From the NCBI GenBank assembly GCA_009887195.1, contig QXXX01000073.1, positions 68,000 to 113,616 of the forward strand: DNA of 45,617 bases, written 5' to 3'. The translations under genes were made by a program, and so were the position numbers. Below the pieces are notes generated by a model. The model did no database searches. It saw only the letters and a program-made list of their open reading frames with translations, and was not told the DNA's origin. The stretch is from Candidatus Poseidoniales archaeon (GTDB taxonomy: Archaea; Thermoplasmatota; Poseidoniia; Poseidoniales; Poseidoniaceae). Shown one piece after another: positions 36,075-45,617 of this stretch. Positions within the stretch are counted from its first letter, which is position 1; each line of letters begins with the position of its first letter.

Positions 36075-39000
36075 ATGCAGGAAGGGCACATGGCAAATTG
36101 CTTGGAAATTGCTTTCAAGCACAATATTCCCAAACAACAACGCAAAGCCAGAGTTGCTAAATCACCAGATTGGCAAATCATGGATAAAAGTTGGCGAAGT
36201 ATCCTCACAATTGCGTTGGATGAAGTAGAGATTCCTGGCGATGATGAAGATAGTAACACCTCGCGGTCAAACAGAATGATGCGCCGCAGGGGGCGTGGTT
36301 CAGCAGGTAAATCGTCACTTGACTGGCTGCCAAGCAGTGAAGAAATAACTTCTGATAGTTCTGAAACAGCAGCTTACAGATTAGCAGTTTTATTAATTAA
36401 TAAACAACTTAAGCGAGGAGAATGGACTGACGATTTGACTGCGGCTGAAAATGCAATACGGGAAACCTGCCTTAGCACTGGAGTGGACAAGGTTTGGCAC
36501 CAAATAGGTGAGAAAACCGCTTTACTCGCTCAGTTTATCGGCTTCCCTGTGGCCAAAAAGAAAGCCAAGAGCAAAAAGAAAGTATCTCTTGAAGTAGCCA
36601 AAATTGACGTTTTTGACAATGAACAACTAGGTCAAGCGATATCTCAATTATCGGTTCTTTGTGGCGAGGCAGCACAACAAATCGCAATTCAAAAAATCCA
36701 ATCTCAAATATCCTCTAGAAGGAGTATTGAGGCTGGGGAAAGCCTGCTATCTCTTACTGGTGACGCATCAGCAATATCTGTAATGCTTGCAATTGCTAGT
36801 GGATTAGACTCTGAAAAAGCACTGAAAGAATTGTCTAAGAGCGATAAACAATTAGCTGCCCAATTCAAAGACCTTGTAGATTTAGTCAACGGTAAGGTAA
36901 ATGATTGGAAAAACAGCATCAATGGTGGCGATGATGGTCTTTCAAAAGCAATAAGAAGATTTGCCTGGCTCAATTTTACTGATGAGGTTGAAAAATTATC
37001 ACCCGCAGAAATTTTAGCGGGAATTGAATTATTGGAGGCCATTCCCAATTCCCAATTACAAGTGCAGAATTTGAAGTGGGTTCATTTATCTGCATTAGCG
37101 GCAAGTGGCAAAAGTGATGAGGCTGCAGACGCCTTGGTCACTTACAGCCTTGACAATGCAATAGATATTGATAACCTATACCAACTAGTCTCCCAATTAA
37201 ATTCTACAGCAGTTGAGGAATGGCTTAAGACCCAGTTAAATGTTCTTGATGAAGGTGCATTGGTGTATATTGCTCAGCACGAAATATCATCATTGGATTT
37301 AAAAAATGAATGCTTCAAAATGCTACAAGACAGCGGTGGTGAAGCTTGGGAAGAATCAAGTGTGGCTGCTATAGCAGTATTTGCTCAAAAACTCGAGTTA
37401 AGAAGACTCAGTAAAATTTTGACAAATAACGATCTTGCACCAATGTCCCATCCGCATGAAACCTTGTTGTCATATCATTTACTGGCCACTAATCAAGAAC
37501 ATCAACTGTGGGAAAAGTCAATTGAAATGAGGCAACTCGCGTTAAATTCCATTCACAGTACAGCATTGCCAGAATATTTGTCTCCAATGTCACAGAGCCT
37601 GGTCATGTTAATGGAAGGTAACAAAATAGATGACGAGCACTTCACCGTACTTGGTAAGAAAGGCTATCAAGCACTACGACAGGCAAGGAATGCATTGAAG
37701 CAAGGCGGTACAGGTATTACTTCAAGAACTCACATAAATCATCTAATAACTAGCGTAGAAAAAGCTGATCTTTCGGCATTAGAATCCAACCTTTTGATGG
37801 CCTTAATCTCAACCTTGAAACTAAATCAAGCGACCATTTCTCTACAACATGGGGATGCAGATGAAGAAATATTTGCAACTTTAAACAGTTTAGTTATTGG
37901 TTCTGAAATCCCGACTAGATTTATTCGTGCCATTCGCCAATTAGTCTTCGAGTATGATATTGGCTTAGAGCAACTAGTTACTTGGTACCAACAAAACGAC
38001 CCCCTATCTCCTTGGCATACTTTGTCCAGAGCAGCATTATTTGCTCAAAACAATGAGGAATTGAATGCTGCAAGAGAATACCGCAGAGCTGCAGAAAGTG
38101 AAGAATACGATTACGAGCATTCAATGATACTATACCGCAAATCAATAATTCATCTTGCCCATGCTGAACAATGGAGTGAAGCGGTTGAACTACTGGATAC
38201 AAAACCTGCATTACGTACCGCAATAACCAAACGCTTCCAACTTTATCTCAAAGTTTCATTTACTGCAAGCAATCAGAAAACCAATGAAGCAACACATTTA
38301 TTGAAAGAATTTGTTCGCTATTCAAAAGATATTGAAGAAGAAAATGTTGAGGGCGAAATGGAAACAAAAACCATCACATTCTTTGCGGAAGATGAACTAG
38401 ATACGCTGAGAAATTATCCGTTTGAACATTCCAGAGAATTGCCTGGAGATCCGTTTTTGGGGCGTGTTACAGCGGCTCTAAATGCGATTCAGCGTAACAA
38501 GCGTCGTAATCGTCATAGTTTTGATAACAGATTCCGCAATGAAATGCAACAAACCCCACCAACCATAATGGCAATTTATGATATCGCCAGTGATGCTGCT
38601 GAAAAGAATCCCATTGAAGGCTTAACATATCTTGAGAGGGCGCAGAATTCTGGTAAATTTAAACAATCAGAAATGAAGACGTTATACGATGCCGAAAGAG
38701 CATTATTTGCCACTCATAAGTTACAAATTCCTAATTCCTCACGACGTTATCTTAAGAATTTGGCATTGCCACCTTTAGTCGTAGTAGATACCAACATTTT
38801 GGTTGATGCATTGGTGGATAAAATTGCTCATAATCTAGAGCTAGCTAGTGAAACAAGTTTAGACTTGTTCGAGCATGATAATTTCCATAAAGTACTCAAA
38901 AGCCGTGCAGATGCAGGCAGAATTAACCTTTGGCTACCTTCAACAGTAAAACAAGAGCTGATTGAATTAAGTAAACGTCACGGGAAGTTAAAGGCTAAAT

Positions 39001-39458
39001 TTAGCACTTCATTAGTCAAGCCTGAAGTACTTGAATCAGTGCTTGATGACAGTAAAATATCGAAGTTAGTGGATGAAATAATCTCAGAGTACAGCCGCTG
39101 GAAACCCCTTGATATTCACACTGAGAGAGACGCTGTGGATGAACAATCCGATAAAGAAATTAGCCTTTTCTTGGCTGAATTTTCTGAAATATATGATGAG
39201 TTAACCGATATGAAGGTAAGACGAGATCCTAAACAAAACCGGACCAAGATAAACGGCCAAGCGATTTTCCCAGAAGCAGCAGATCGTGAAATTATGGCAA
39301 TATGCCGTTACCTAGCATCGCAATCTTTGGAAGGCCTAGGCAGCATCTTAGTAGCAACTAGGGATGGCGATTTTACCCTGGCTGCGAGGGCCTTTGAAGA
39401 ACGGTTTGGTTATGGAATAATTAAGAATAGTAAAATGCTAAATTCTTGGTTAAACTAG
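36075..39458 (+). CDS. Large alpha-helical/TPR-like protein with C-terminal PIN nuclease domain
   Basis: PIN motifs VVVDTNILVD, VKQEL, ADREI, LVATRDGDF. TPR-like segment WHTLSRAALFAQ...AAREYRRAAE. Start could be 36066 (GTG), 36075 or 36090. Confidence 0.8.
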   Translation: MQEGHMANCLEIAFKHNIPKQQRKARVAKSPDWQIMDKSWRSILTIALDEVEIPGDDEDSNTSRSNRMMRRRGRGSAGKSSLDWLPSSEEITSDSSETAAYRLAVLLINKQLKRGEWTDDLTAAENAIRETCLSTGVDKVWHQIGEKTALLAQFIGFPVAKKKAKSKKKVSLEVAKIDVFDNEQLGQAISQLSVLCGEAAQQIAIQKIQSQISSRRSIEAGESLLSLTGDASAISVMLAIASGLDSEKALKELSKSDKQLAAQFKDLVDLVNGKVNDWKNSINGGDDGLSKAIRRFAWLNFTDEVEKLSPAEILAGIELLEAIPNSQLQVQNLKWVHLSALAASGKSDEAADALVTYSLDNAIDIDNLYQLVSQLNSTAVEEWLKTQLNVLDEGALVYIAQHEISSLDLKNECFKMLQDSGGEAWEESSVAAIAVFAQKLELRRLSKILTNNDLAPMSHPHETLLSYHLLATNQEHQLWEKSIEMRQLALNSIHSTALPEYLSPMSQSLVMLMEGNKIDDEHFTVLGKKGYQALRQARNALKQGGTGITSRTHINHLITSVEKADLSALESNLLMALISTLKLNQATISLQHGDADEEIFATLNSLVIGSEIPTRFIRAIRQLVFEYDIGLEQLVTWYQQNDPLSPWHTLSRAALFAQNNEELNAAREYRRAAESEEYDYEHSMILYRKSIIHLAHAEQWSEAVELLDTKPALRTAITKRFQLYLKVSFTASNQKTNEATHLLKEFVRYSKDIEEENVEGEMETKTITFFAEDELDTLRNYPFEHSRELPGDPFLGRVTAALNAIQRNKRRNRHSFDNRFRNEMQQTPPTIMAIYDIASDAAEKNPIEGLTYLERAQNSGKFKQSEMKTLYDAERALFATHKLQIPNSSRRYLKNLALPPLVVVDTNILVDALVDKIAHNLELASETSLDLFEHDNFHKVLKSRADAGRINLWLPSTVKQELIELSKRHGKLKAKFSTSLVKPEVLESVLDDSKISKLVDEIISEYSRWKPLDIHTERDAVDEQSDKEISLFLAEFSEIYDELTDMKVRRDPKQNRTKINGQAIFPEAADREIMAICRYLASQSLEGLGSILVATRDGDFTLAARAFEERFGYGIIKNSKMLNSWLN

Positions 39459-39460
39459 AA

Positions 39461-40120
39461 TTAGTTTCTCCATGCTGCGTAATATCTTGTGACATCTATC
39501 GATTCTTGGTAGGTAAATTGAGTAAAGCCATGCAGGTTTATCTCACTAAATGAAGCCTTTAACCAATCCTCTTTCAGCGGCCAAGGGGGTGATTGTATCA
39601 TTTGTCTACCGTCATCTAATCTTCCAATACACAATAAAAAACCGTCTTTATTGAGTAACTTGGGTAAATTTTTAGCTGCGAGTTCTCTAATACCTCCATC
39701 TGGAATTGCTTGCAAAATATGAATTTCTACAACCAAGTCAAACTGTTCTATCCATTTTGTTGGCGGCTCAAGAATGTCCGCAACCTGCCAATCTACCGAA
39801 GACTCTGGAAATCTTTCTCTGCACCAATTAATACATTGCTGTGAAATATCAAATGCAGTTACTTGAAAGCCAAGTTCTTCTAAGCCGATGGCATCATCAC
39901 CAAGCCCGCAACCAACAATTAATGCTTTACCACCAGCGATATTTTTCTTTACCCAATCTGTCATTATTGGATTAGGTGACATCCTTGCCCAAGGAATCAT
40001 TGACGAATTTCTGTTAGCTAAATCGTATAGTTCATCAAACCAACCAATCGGATCATTATTTATTGCCGCTTTTGCGGTAGAAATTAATTCTTCACGTTCA
40101 ATTTCTGTCATGTCACTCAT
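39461..40120 (-). CDS. Class I SAM-dependent methyltransferase (TPMT/TehB-like)
   Basis: WFDELY, IPWA, ALIVGCGLGDDA, TAFDIS, FDLVVE, PPWPL. ORF track start 40129 overlaps the icd stop. Confidence 0.88.
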   Translation of the reverse strand: MSDMTEIEREELISTAKAAINNDPIGWFDELYDLANRNSSMIPWARMSPNPIMTDWVKKNIAGGKALIVGCGLGDDAIGLEELGFQVTAFDISQQCINWCRERFPESSVDWQVADILEPPTKWIEQFDLVVEIHILQAIPDGGIRELAAKNLPKLLNKDGFLLCIGRLDDGRQMIQSPPWPLKEDWLKASFSEINLHGFTQFTYQESIDVTRYYAAWRN

Positions 40121-40125
40121 AATTA

Positions 40126-41352
40126 TCACATGTATGAGATAATTGCATCGCCAAATTCACTACATTTTAGCAATGTAGCATCGTCCATTAATCTTTCAAA
40201 ATCATAGGTGACGGTCTTTGCCAAAATAGCTCCTTCCATTCCCTTGACAATAAGGTCTGCAGCAGCAGTCCAGCCGATATGTCTTAGCATCATTTCAGCA
40301 CTCAATATTACGCTTCCGGGATTTACTTTATCTTGGCCAGCATATTTGGGTGCAGTTCCGTGAGTTGCTTCGAAAATGGCAATTCCAGTATCATAGTTGA
40401 TATTTGCACCAGGTGCGATTCCTATGCCGCCAACTTGAGCAGCCAGTGCGTCAGAAATGTAATCACCGTTAAGATTCATTGTAGCTAGTACAGAATATTC
40501 TGCAGGCCTTAGGATGATTTGTTGTAACATTGCATCAGCAATAACGTCCTTGATGAGGATTTCATTACCAGTAATTGGATTTTTCATTGTGCACCACGGA
40601 CCACCATCAAGTTCAGTAGCTCCAAACTCTTGTTTTGCTAATTCATAGCCCCAATCTCTAAATCCGCCTTCTGTGAATTTCATGATATTGCCTTTGTGAA
40701 CCAAAGTTACAGTGTCTTTATCATTTTCAACAGCGTATTTTAGCGCTGCACGGACGATTCTTGCAGTGCCTTCTTGTGAGATTGGCTTAATTCCTATGCC
40801 TGAGGTATTTGGAAATCTAATCTTATCGACTCCCATCTCATTTTGTAAGAAATCAATAACCTTCGCAACCCCTTCAGTACCTGCTTCCCATTCGATTCCA
40901 GCATAAACATCTTCACTGTTTTCACGGAAAATAATCATGTCAACATCTTGAGGAGCTTTAACTGGAGACGGAGTACCATCATACCATCTTACAGGCCTTA
41001 CACAAGCGAATAAATCCAGCTTTTGTCGCAATGCAACGTTAAGTGAACGGATTCCGCCACCAACTGGAGTTGTCAATGGTCCTTTGATTGAGACTAATCC
41101 TGACCTCATGGCTTCTAGTGTTTCTTCTGGCAACCACTGGCCAGTTTGATTGAATGCCTTTTCCCCAGCGAGTACTTCATTCCAGTGAATCTGCTTTTCT
41201 CCAGAATATGCTTTGCTTACTGCAGCATCTACGACTTTTATCATTACCGGGCTGATATCAACACCAATTCCATCACCTTCAATGAAGTGTATGGTAGGGT
41301 TATTAGGCACATTTAGCAAGCCATTGTTAAGAGTAATCGTCTTTCCAGCCAT
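40126..41352 (-). CDS. icd: NADP-dependent isocitrate dehydrogenase (E. coli-type)
   Basis: [73 protein letters not shown]. Start ATG 41352; ORF track gives 41361. Confidence 0.97.
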   Translation of the reverse strand: MAGKTITLNNGLLNVPNNPTIHFIEGDGIGVDISPVMIKVVDAAVSKAYSGEKQIHWNEVLAGEKAFNQTGQWLPEETLEAMRSGLVSIKGPLTTPVGGGIRSLNVALRQKLDLFACVRPVRWYDGTPSPVKAPQDVDMIIFRENSEDVYAGIEWEAGTEGVAKVIDFLQNEMGVDKIRFPNTSGIGIKPISQEGTARIVRAALKYAVENDKDTVTLVHKGNIMKFTEGGFRDWGYELAKQEFGATELDGGPWCTMKNPITGNEILIKDVIADAMLQQIILRPAEYSVLATMNLNGDYISDALAAQVGGIGIAPGANINYDTGIAIFEATHGTAPKYAGQDKVNPGSVILSAEMMLRHIGWTAAADLIVKGMEGAILAKTVTYDFERLMDDATLLKCSEFGDAIISYM

Positions 41353-41410
41353 TCCAATCAATACATCCGAGAGGCATTTCCTTCAAGAATGAACCGCCCG
41401 TGGGAACGTC

Positions 41411-41803
41411 ATGTTCGGCCGTGTTGAGTGGAAAGGTAAGAGTAAAGTCGATTGTTTTAATGAAGCTGGAGATTGTATAGAAATCGACTGGGATAATGGA
41501 CCAACACCGGTACAAATAGTATTACAGATGATTGGGGCATGTTCATTGGCCGATGTTCAAATCGGATTGAAAGATCGGGAAATATCAAGAATTTATATCG
41601 AACTATCAGGACAAAGAAAAACTGAAGCGCCAAAAGTTTTCACAGCGATAGAAATGAATTATTTTATTGAGGGTGATGCACCCAAGAGACTTGCCAAGAG
41701 GCTGGTGGAAAAAAGCCACGAGAAATACTGCACAGTGTCAAATATGTTCAAATCTACTGTAGATATTTCTTCAAACGTTTTTGTTAATGGTGAAGTTTGT
41801 TGA
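41411..41803 (+). CDS. OsmC family protein
   Basis: GPTPVQ..L..IGACS, PKVFTAI, SHEKYCTVS. Confidence 0.88.
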   Translation: MFGRVEWKGKSKVDCFNEAGDCIEIDWDNGPTPVQIVLQMIGACSLADVQIGLKDREISRIYIELSGQRKTEAPKVFTAIEMNYFIEGDAPKRLAKRLVEKSHEKYCTVSNMFKSTVDISSNVFVNGEVC

Positions 41804-42382
41804 GGACAGTGCTTGCATGGCCTTGGCTAGCATATCTCTCAATGCCTCATAAAGTGGAATCCAACTACTTGGAATTGTTTTAGGCGCTGGCTCGATTAGT
41901 AGTGAATTATTTTCGCTGCGAACCTTAGCAAACGGCCTTAGTGGACCTGAACCATCAACTTCTATTATTACAGAGAGTTCGTATTCTTCATTGCTTTTAC
42001 TAACTTTGGCAGTTTCCAAATTGAACTTTGCCTTGGTGGGGATTTTGCTAATGATAGATTCTTCATCCAAGGAATGAAGTTCTTTCTTGACTAATACTTC
42101 CAAAAGTTCAGTAATTGTTTCATCTGAAATTGTGGTAGTTGATGCTTCGATCACAACCGGTTGTTGTGTGGCAAGGGATTCCTGTGTTTCTATTAAGGGG
42201 GCTGCATCATCATCAATCGATAATAAGATCGCTAGATTTTCATTTTGGGATTCTTGATTTGATTTTACTGCAGCAGGGCGGTTGTTTACCACGCCTAATT
42301 CAGCAAAAATATCTATATCGTCTTCCTCAAATGAGTTGGGTAAAACAAAGGCTTCTTCTTGAAACATATCATAAACTAACAT
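41771..42382 (-). CDS. Hypothetical acidic protein
   Basis: 203 aa ORF filling the gap between divergent neighbours, with an acidic low-complexity N-terminus. Confidence 0.65.
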   Translation of the reverse strand: MLVYDMFQEEAFVLPNSFEEDDIDIFAELGVVNNRPAAVKSNQESQNENLAILLSIDDDAAPLIETQESLATQQPVVIEASTTTISDETITELLEVLVKKELHSLDEESIISKIPTKAKFNLETAKVSKSNEEYELSVIIEVDGSGPLRPFAKVRSENNSLLIEPAPKTIPSSWIPLYEALRDMLAKAMQALSSTNFTINKNV

Positions 42383-42489
42383 TTCATCATACTTAACATA
42401 ATGTTCCCCACTGTCGCGGTTTGCATCACGATACTTTGATGTGGTAAGGGCATGATAAGTGTCAAAGGTGGTGACATTTTGGATAAAGT

Positions 42490-43122
42490 GTGGCTACTAG
42501 AATGCCGAGGTTAATTACGGTAATTTTATTGTTTGCTGTCCTAATTCTTGTGCCCATTCACGAGGTGAACGGGTTTCCTAACGGTGTAGGAGATATTGGC
42601 GAACAAGGATGCCTTTGTCATGGGGCAGAAAATGACTTAACCTCAGTGCAGATAGCAGGATTGCCTGATAAATTTGAATCTAACACCACCTACTTTCTGC
42701 AATTGATTGTTGATAATCCACAAATTGATGTTAATGCAAGTTCTGCTCAAGGCGGCTTTAGACTCGTTGTATCATCTGGAACTATATCTTTCAATGACAC
42801 CAACACCAGTCAAATAATCGGTGACGGTTGGACACATACGGAGCTAGGAAATCAACAACGGATTTGGAACCTTACTTGGCAATCTCCCAGCGATAACACA
42901 TCATTAAGCGCTCTGACTCTTTTTGGCAACGCGGTTAATGGTAATGGTGAATTTACCGGAGATGGATGGAATAAAATAAAAATATACGTTCTTGGGGTTG
43001 AAAATTACAATACAATTGATGAACTCAAAAATAATCATGAACTTGACTTATTTGACAAAACTATGCTTGGACTAGGATTGCTAGTCTTGTTCTACATTTT
43101 GGTCAAGATAGTTAAGGACTAA
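42490..43122 (+). CDS. Secreted Reeler-like (choice-of-anchor V) domain protein with C-terminal TM anchor
   Basis: Signal peptide, GFPNG, GCLCHG, GGF, WTH, WNLTWQSP, GNAVNGNG..TGD, C-terminal TM. Start may be ATG 42502. Confidence 0.75.
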   Translation: MATRMPRLITVILLFAVLILVPIHEVNGFPNGVGDIGEQGCLCHGAENDLTSVQIAGLPDKFESNTTYFLQLIVDNPQIDVNASSAQGGFRLVVSSGTISFNDTNTSQIIGDGWTHTELGNQQRIWNLTWQSPSDNTSLSALTLFGNAVNGNGEFTGDGWNKIKIYVLGVENYNTIDELKNNHELDLFDKTMLGLGLLVLFYILVKIVKD

Positions 43123-44249
43123 TTAACAAACTCAATACTTTTGTTTCTAAGGGCTCTTAGTTGACGGTTTTCACTAGAACCATGAATTTGTTCACTCTTC
43201 ACTCCAGTTAGCACCAGCATTACTCTAATCTCATCACCTAGGTTTTGGTCGACAGCAGCACCCCAAATTATCTTAGCATGCGGAGAGATCCGTTCTTGAA
43301 TAATCTGCGCACACTTTTCGGCTTCACCAAGAGTCAGATTAGGCCCGCCGACTACATTAATCAGCGCGCCGCGAGCATCAGTCGTATCGAGTTCCAGTAA
43401 TGGAGAATGTAACGCTTCTAGAGTCGCATCTTCTGCTCTATTAGTGGCTGATGAGGCACCAAGGCCAATCATGGCAACTCCACTACCAGATTTGATAACT
43501 GCCTTCAAATCTTCAAAGTCAAGATTAACCATGCCATCAGTAGTTAGAAGTTCAGTTACTCCAGTAATTGAGCGTACAAGTAACTCATCACCAACTCTAA
43601 ACGCACTGGCAATAGGTAAATCCTTGACACCATCTATTTCCAGCAGGCGTTCATTTGGAATTACTAATATTGTATCACAGTGTTCCCTAAGTCTCTCTAA
43701 ACCCCATTCAGCATTTTGCTTTCTTAGGGACCCTTCAGACTTGAACGGATAAGTTACTACCGCAATTGTCATTGCGCCTTGCTGCTTTGCTAATCTAGCA
43801 ATATGGCCGGCAGCACCAGTACCAGAGCCGCCACCCATACCAGCAGTAATAATTGCAAGTTGCGTATCATTAGTAATTCTTCTAAGGACCATTTCTGATT
43901 CTAGTGCAGCAGCTTCACCTTTGCTTGGATCGCCTCCAGCACCCCTGCCTCGAGCTGTTCTGCCAATCAATACCTTTTCTTCCAACGGCGACATCAAAAG
44001 TGCTTGCGCATCAGTATTTATCGCATACCCAGTGACGTAACTGCTCTCAAATAGCCCTTCTTCTGCTAATCTACTAACTGCGTTACACCCTGCACCGCCG
44101 GCACCATAAACTCGAATACGTGGTTGCAACGATTCTAGCAATGCTTTCAGTTCATCTTCATTGCCTTGGCCAGGTGGGACTTCACTTGGAGAAACCCTAA
44201 CTTGCTCTTCTTCGCTTAACTCTAAAACGCGGTCAATTAAATGGCGCAT
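43119..44249 (-). CDS. ftsZ: Cell division protein FtsZ
   Basis: GAGGAGCNAV, INTDAQAL, GAGGDP, GMGGGSGTG, PFKSEG, NLDFEDL, IIWGA, LVLTG. Start ATG 44249; ORF track gives 44267. Confidence 0.96.
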   Translation of the reverse strand: MRHLIDRVLELSEEEQVRVSPSEVPPGQGNEDELKALLESLQPRIRVYGAGGAGCNAVSRLAEEGLFESSYVTGYAINTDAQALLMSPLEEKVLIGRTARGRGAGGDPSKGEAAALESEMVLRRITNDTQLAIITAGMGGGSGTGAAGHIARLAKQQGAMTIAVVTYPFKSEGSLRKQNAEWGLERLREHCDTILVIPNERLLEIDGVKDLPIASAFRVGDELLVRSITGVTELLTTDGMVNLDFEDLKAVIKSGSGVAMIGLGASSATNRAEDATLEALHSPLLELDTTDARGALINVVGGPNLTLGEAEKCAQIIQERISPHAKIIWGAAVDQNLGDEIRVMLVLTGVKSEQIHGSSENRQLRALRNKSIEFVN

Positions 44250-44337
44250 GATAGCAAGATTGTCCAAGCGTCTTTGAAGGTGCCGACTGATTTTCGACTA
44301 AAATAGCCGATTTGTCTACCTTAGAGATTTTGCCAAA

Positions 44338-45375
44338 TCAATCTTTGAGTCCTTCTTCAGTTACTTGATAGACGCACTCGCCGTCAGGTAAGTTTGGTGA
44401 ATCCACTAGTCTAGCGATTCTTCTGCCACCTTTAGCTTTCCTCAAGTATAATCTAAATGTACTTGCGTGCGCAAGAACGTGGCCACCAACTGGCTTTGTT
44501 GGATCTCCCCACATAGCATCAGGTTTTGAGTGAACCTGGTTTGTCACCAATACCAACGCATTGTTAATATCTGCAAGTTGTTTTAGTTCCTTCAGATGCT
44601 TGTTCAACTTTTGTTGCCTGTTAGCTAGCATTCCACGACCGATAAACTCAGCTCTAAAGTGGCTAGTTAACGAATCAACAATAATCATCTTGACGTTCAA
44701 GCCTTTACCCACTCTTTTGATTTCATCCACCAGCAACATTTGGTGAGCCGAATTGTAGGCTCTAGCTACATGAATTCTAGCAAGTACTTGGTCAGGATCT
44801 AGACCTTGACCTCTAGCCATTTGAGTAATTCTTTCAGGTCTAAAGGTATCTTCTGTATCAATGTAGAATACATCGCCATCAAATCCTCCTTCACTGACTG
44901 GTAATGTGCAATTTACTGCTAATTGGTGACCAATCTGAGTTTTCCCGCTGCCAAATGCTCCATAAACCTCAACCAAGGCTTGAGTTTCAAATCCTCCGCC
45001 TAGCAAATCATCGATCGATTGAACTTTTGCCGATAATTTTTGCACTTCTTTTCGGCGTTCTAATAGTGCTCCACCAGATACGAAACCGCCAATATTGGCC
45101 ATCTTTTTAGCCGCTGCAATAATTTTTCCAGCTACTGATTCGCCAATTTCTGCTTGTTCTGCTAAGTCAGCAGGTGACATGACTGCTAAAGATAGTAAGT
45201 CATCAAACCCAGCCTCACGCAATTTCTCTGCGGTTGCCGGTCCTACACCTGGCAAATCATCAATTTTGACTTCAGGTGCATCATCGTCTAACGCCATCAT
45301 TAACACCGTGTCCTCTTGAGGGTCTTCATTCTTTTCAATTTCAATCTTCGTTTTTTTCTTCGCTTTAGTCGCCAT
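44338..45375 (-). CDS. radA: DNA repair and recombination protein RadA
   Basis: Hh[72 protein letters not shown]. Start ATG 45375; ORF track gives 45429. Confidence 0.97.
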   Translation of the reverse strand: MATKAKKKTKIEIEKNEDPQEDTVLMMALDDDAPEVKIDDLPGVGPATAEKLREAGFDDLLSLAVMSPADLAEQAEIGESVAGKIIAAAKKMANIGGFVSGGALLERRKEVQKLSAKVQSIDDLLGGGFETQALVEVYGAFGSGKTQIGHQLAVNCTLPVSEGGFDGDVFYIDTEDTFRPERITQMARGQGLDPDQVLARIHVARAYNSAHQMLLVDEIKRVGKGLNVKMIIVDSLTSHFRAEFIGRGMLANRQQKLNKHLKELKQLADINNALVLVTNQVHSKPDAMWGDPTKPVGGHVLAHASTFRLYLRKAKGGRRIARLVDSPNLPDGECVYQVTEEGLKD

Positions 45376-45484
45376 CCTTTCACTTCCAACCCATACCATC
45401 GGGCTGGGGTATATGAATAGATTAAACACGCATGTTTTTGCAAAACCGCTCCTTTCAGTGCCCTAATCGCATGATTAAAGTCAA

Positions 45485-45530
45485 TATTTCAGTTTAACTT
45501 TTAGTTTCAGCATCGGTGAAACTGAAAATA
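45485..45530. repeat. Nested inverted repeat (TTTCAGTTT...AAACTGAAA; AGTTTCA-N7-TGAAACT), possible terminator or operator
   Basis: AGTTTCA 45503-45509 pairs with TGAAACT 45517-45523. TTTCAGTTT 45487-45495 pairs with AAACTGAAA 45519-45527. Lies just after the stop of the upstream minus-strand gene. Confidence 0.45.
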
Positions 45531-45536
45531 AAGGCA

Positions 45537-45617
45537 TTATTGTTCTTGAGTTGGCAGAGGATTAGGTTTGCTTTCTTCATCAATATATGTTATTGTTACA
45601 TCATGGTCAATGTTAAC
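45537..45617 (-). CDS. C-terminal fragment of a gene running off the window edge
   Basis: Minus frame reads VNIDHDVTITYIDEESKPNPLPTQEQ* open to the edge; too short to identify. Confidence 0.45.
   Translation of the reverse strand, partial: VNIDHDVTITYIDEESKPNPLPTQEQ

Noticed and set aside
36075-39458. VapBC toxin-antitoxin module
   Set aside because: The PIN domain is part of a ~1120 aa protein and the upstream gene is a divergent membrane protein, not an antitoxin.
41798-41803. Selenocysteine read-through at the OsmC Cys-TGA end
   Set aside because: The OsmC domain is already complete with both cysteines, and the downstream sequence is the coding region of the convergent gene.
44338-45375. 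Intein in RadA
   Set aside because: The protein is normal length (~345 aa) and continuous through GSGKTQ, where RadA inteins typically insert.
1-45617. tRNA/rRNA genes, prophage or IS elements
   Set aside because: Intergenic gaps are short and show no cloverleaf or T-loop pattern; no integrase, transposase or virion genes were recognised. A tRNAscan-SE/Infernal run would confirm this.

Overview
Gene-dense chromosomal segment of a marine archaeon, most likely Marine Group II / Poseidoniales (Thermoplasmatota). This assignment is inferred from archaeal RadA, FtsZ, RaSEA, a Ygr210-type YchF GTPase and GGTGA Shine-Dalgarno sites, mixed with bacterial-type genes (E. coli-type Icd, MaeB, RlmH, PabB/PabA/PabC, AddAB-like helicase-nuclease, PduO) and a giant acidic surface protein. 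About 35 CDS are supported, one truncated at each edge. I found no tRNA, rRNA, CRISPR array, integrase or transposase. The most striking candidate novelty is 11384..13570: a membrane protein that aligns by eye along its whole length with cbb3-type oxidase subunit I (CcoN) but lacks every heme/CuB histidine, and is fused to a canonical EF-hand pair and a SAP/HeH-like tail, in an apparent operon with a small membrane protein and the YchF-like GTPase. Other notable items are a ~1120 aa helical-repeat protein with an intact C-terminal PIN nuclease, a ~2775 aa beta-propeller/FN3 surface protein tightly linked to a pABA operon with a reversed PabB-PabA fusion, an archaeal AddAB-like pair, and several intergenic palindromes and hairpins. 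All family calls come from motif recognition, not database searches.
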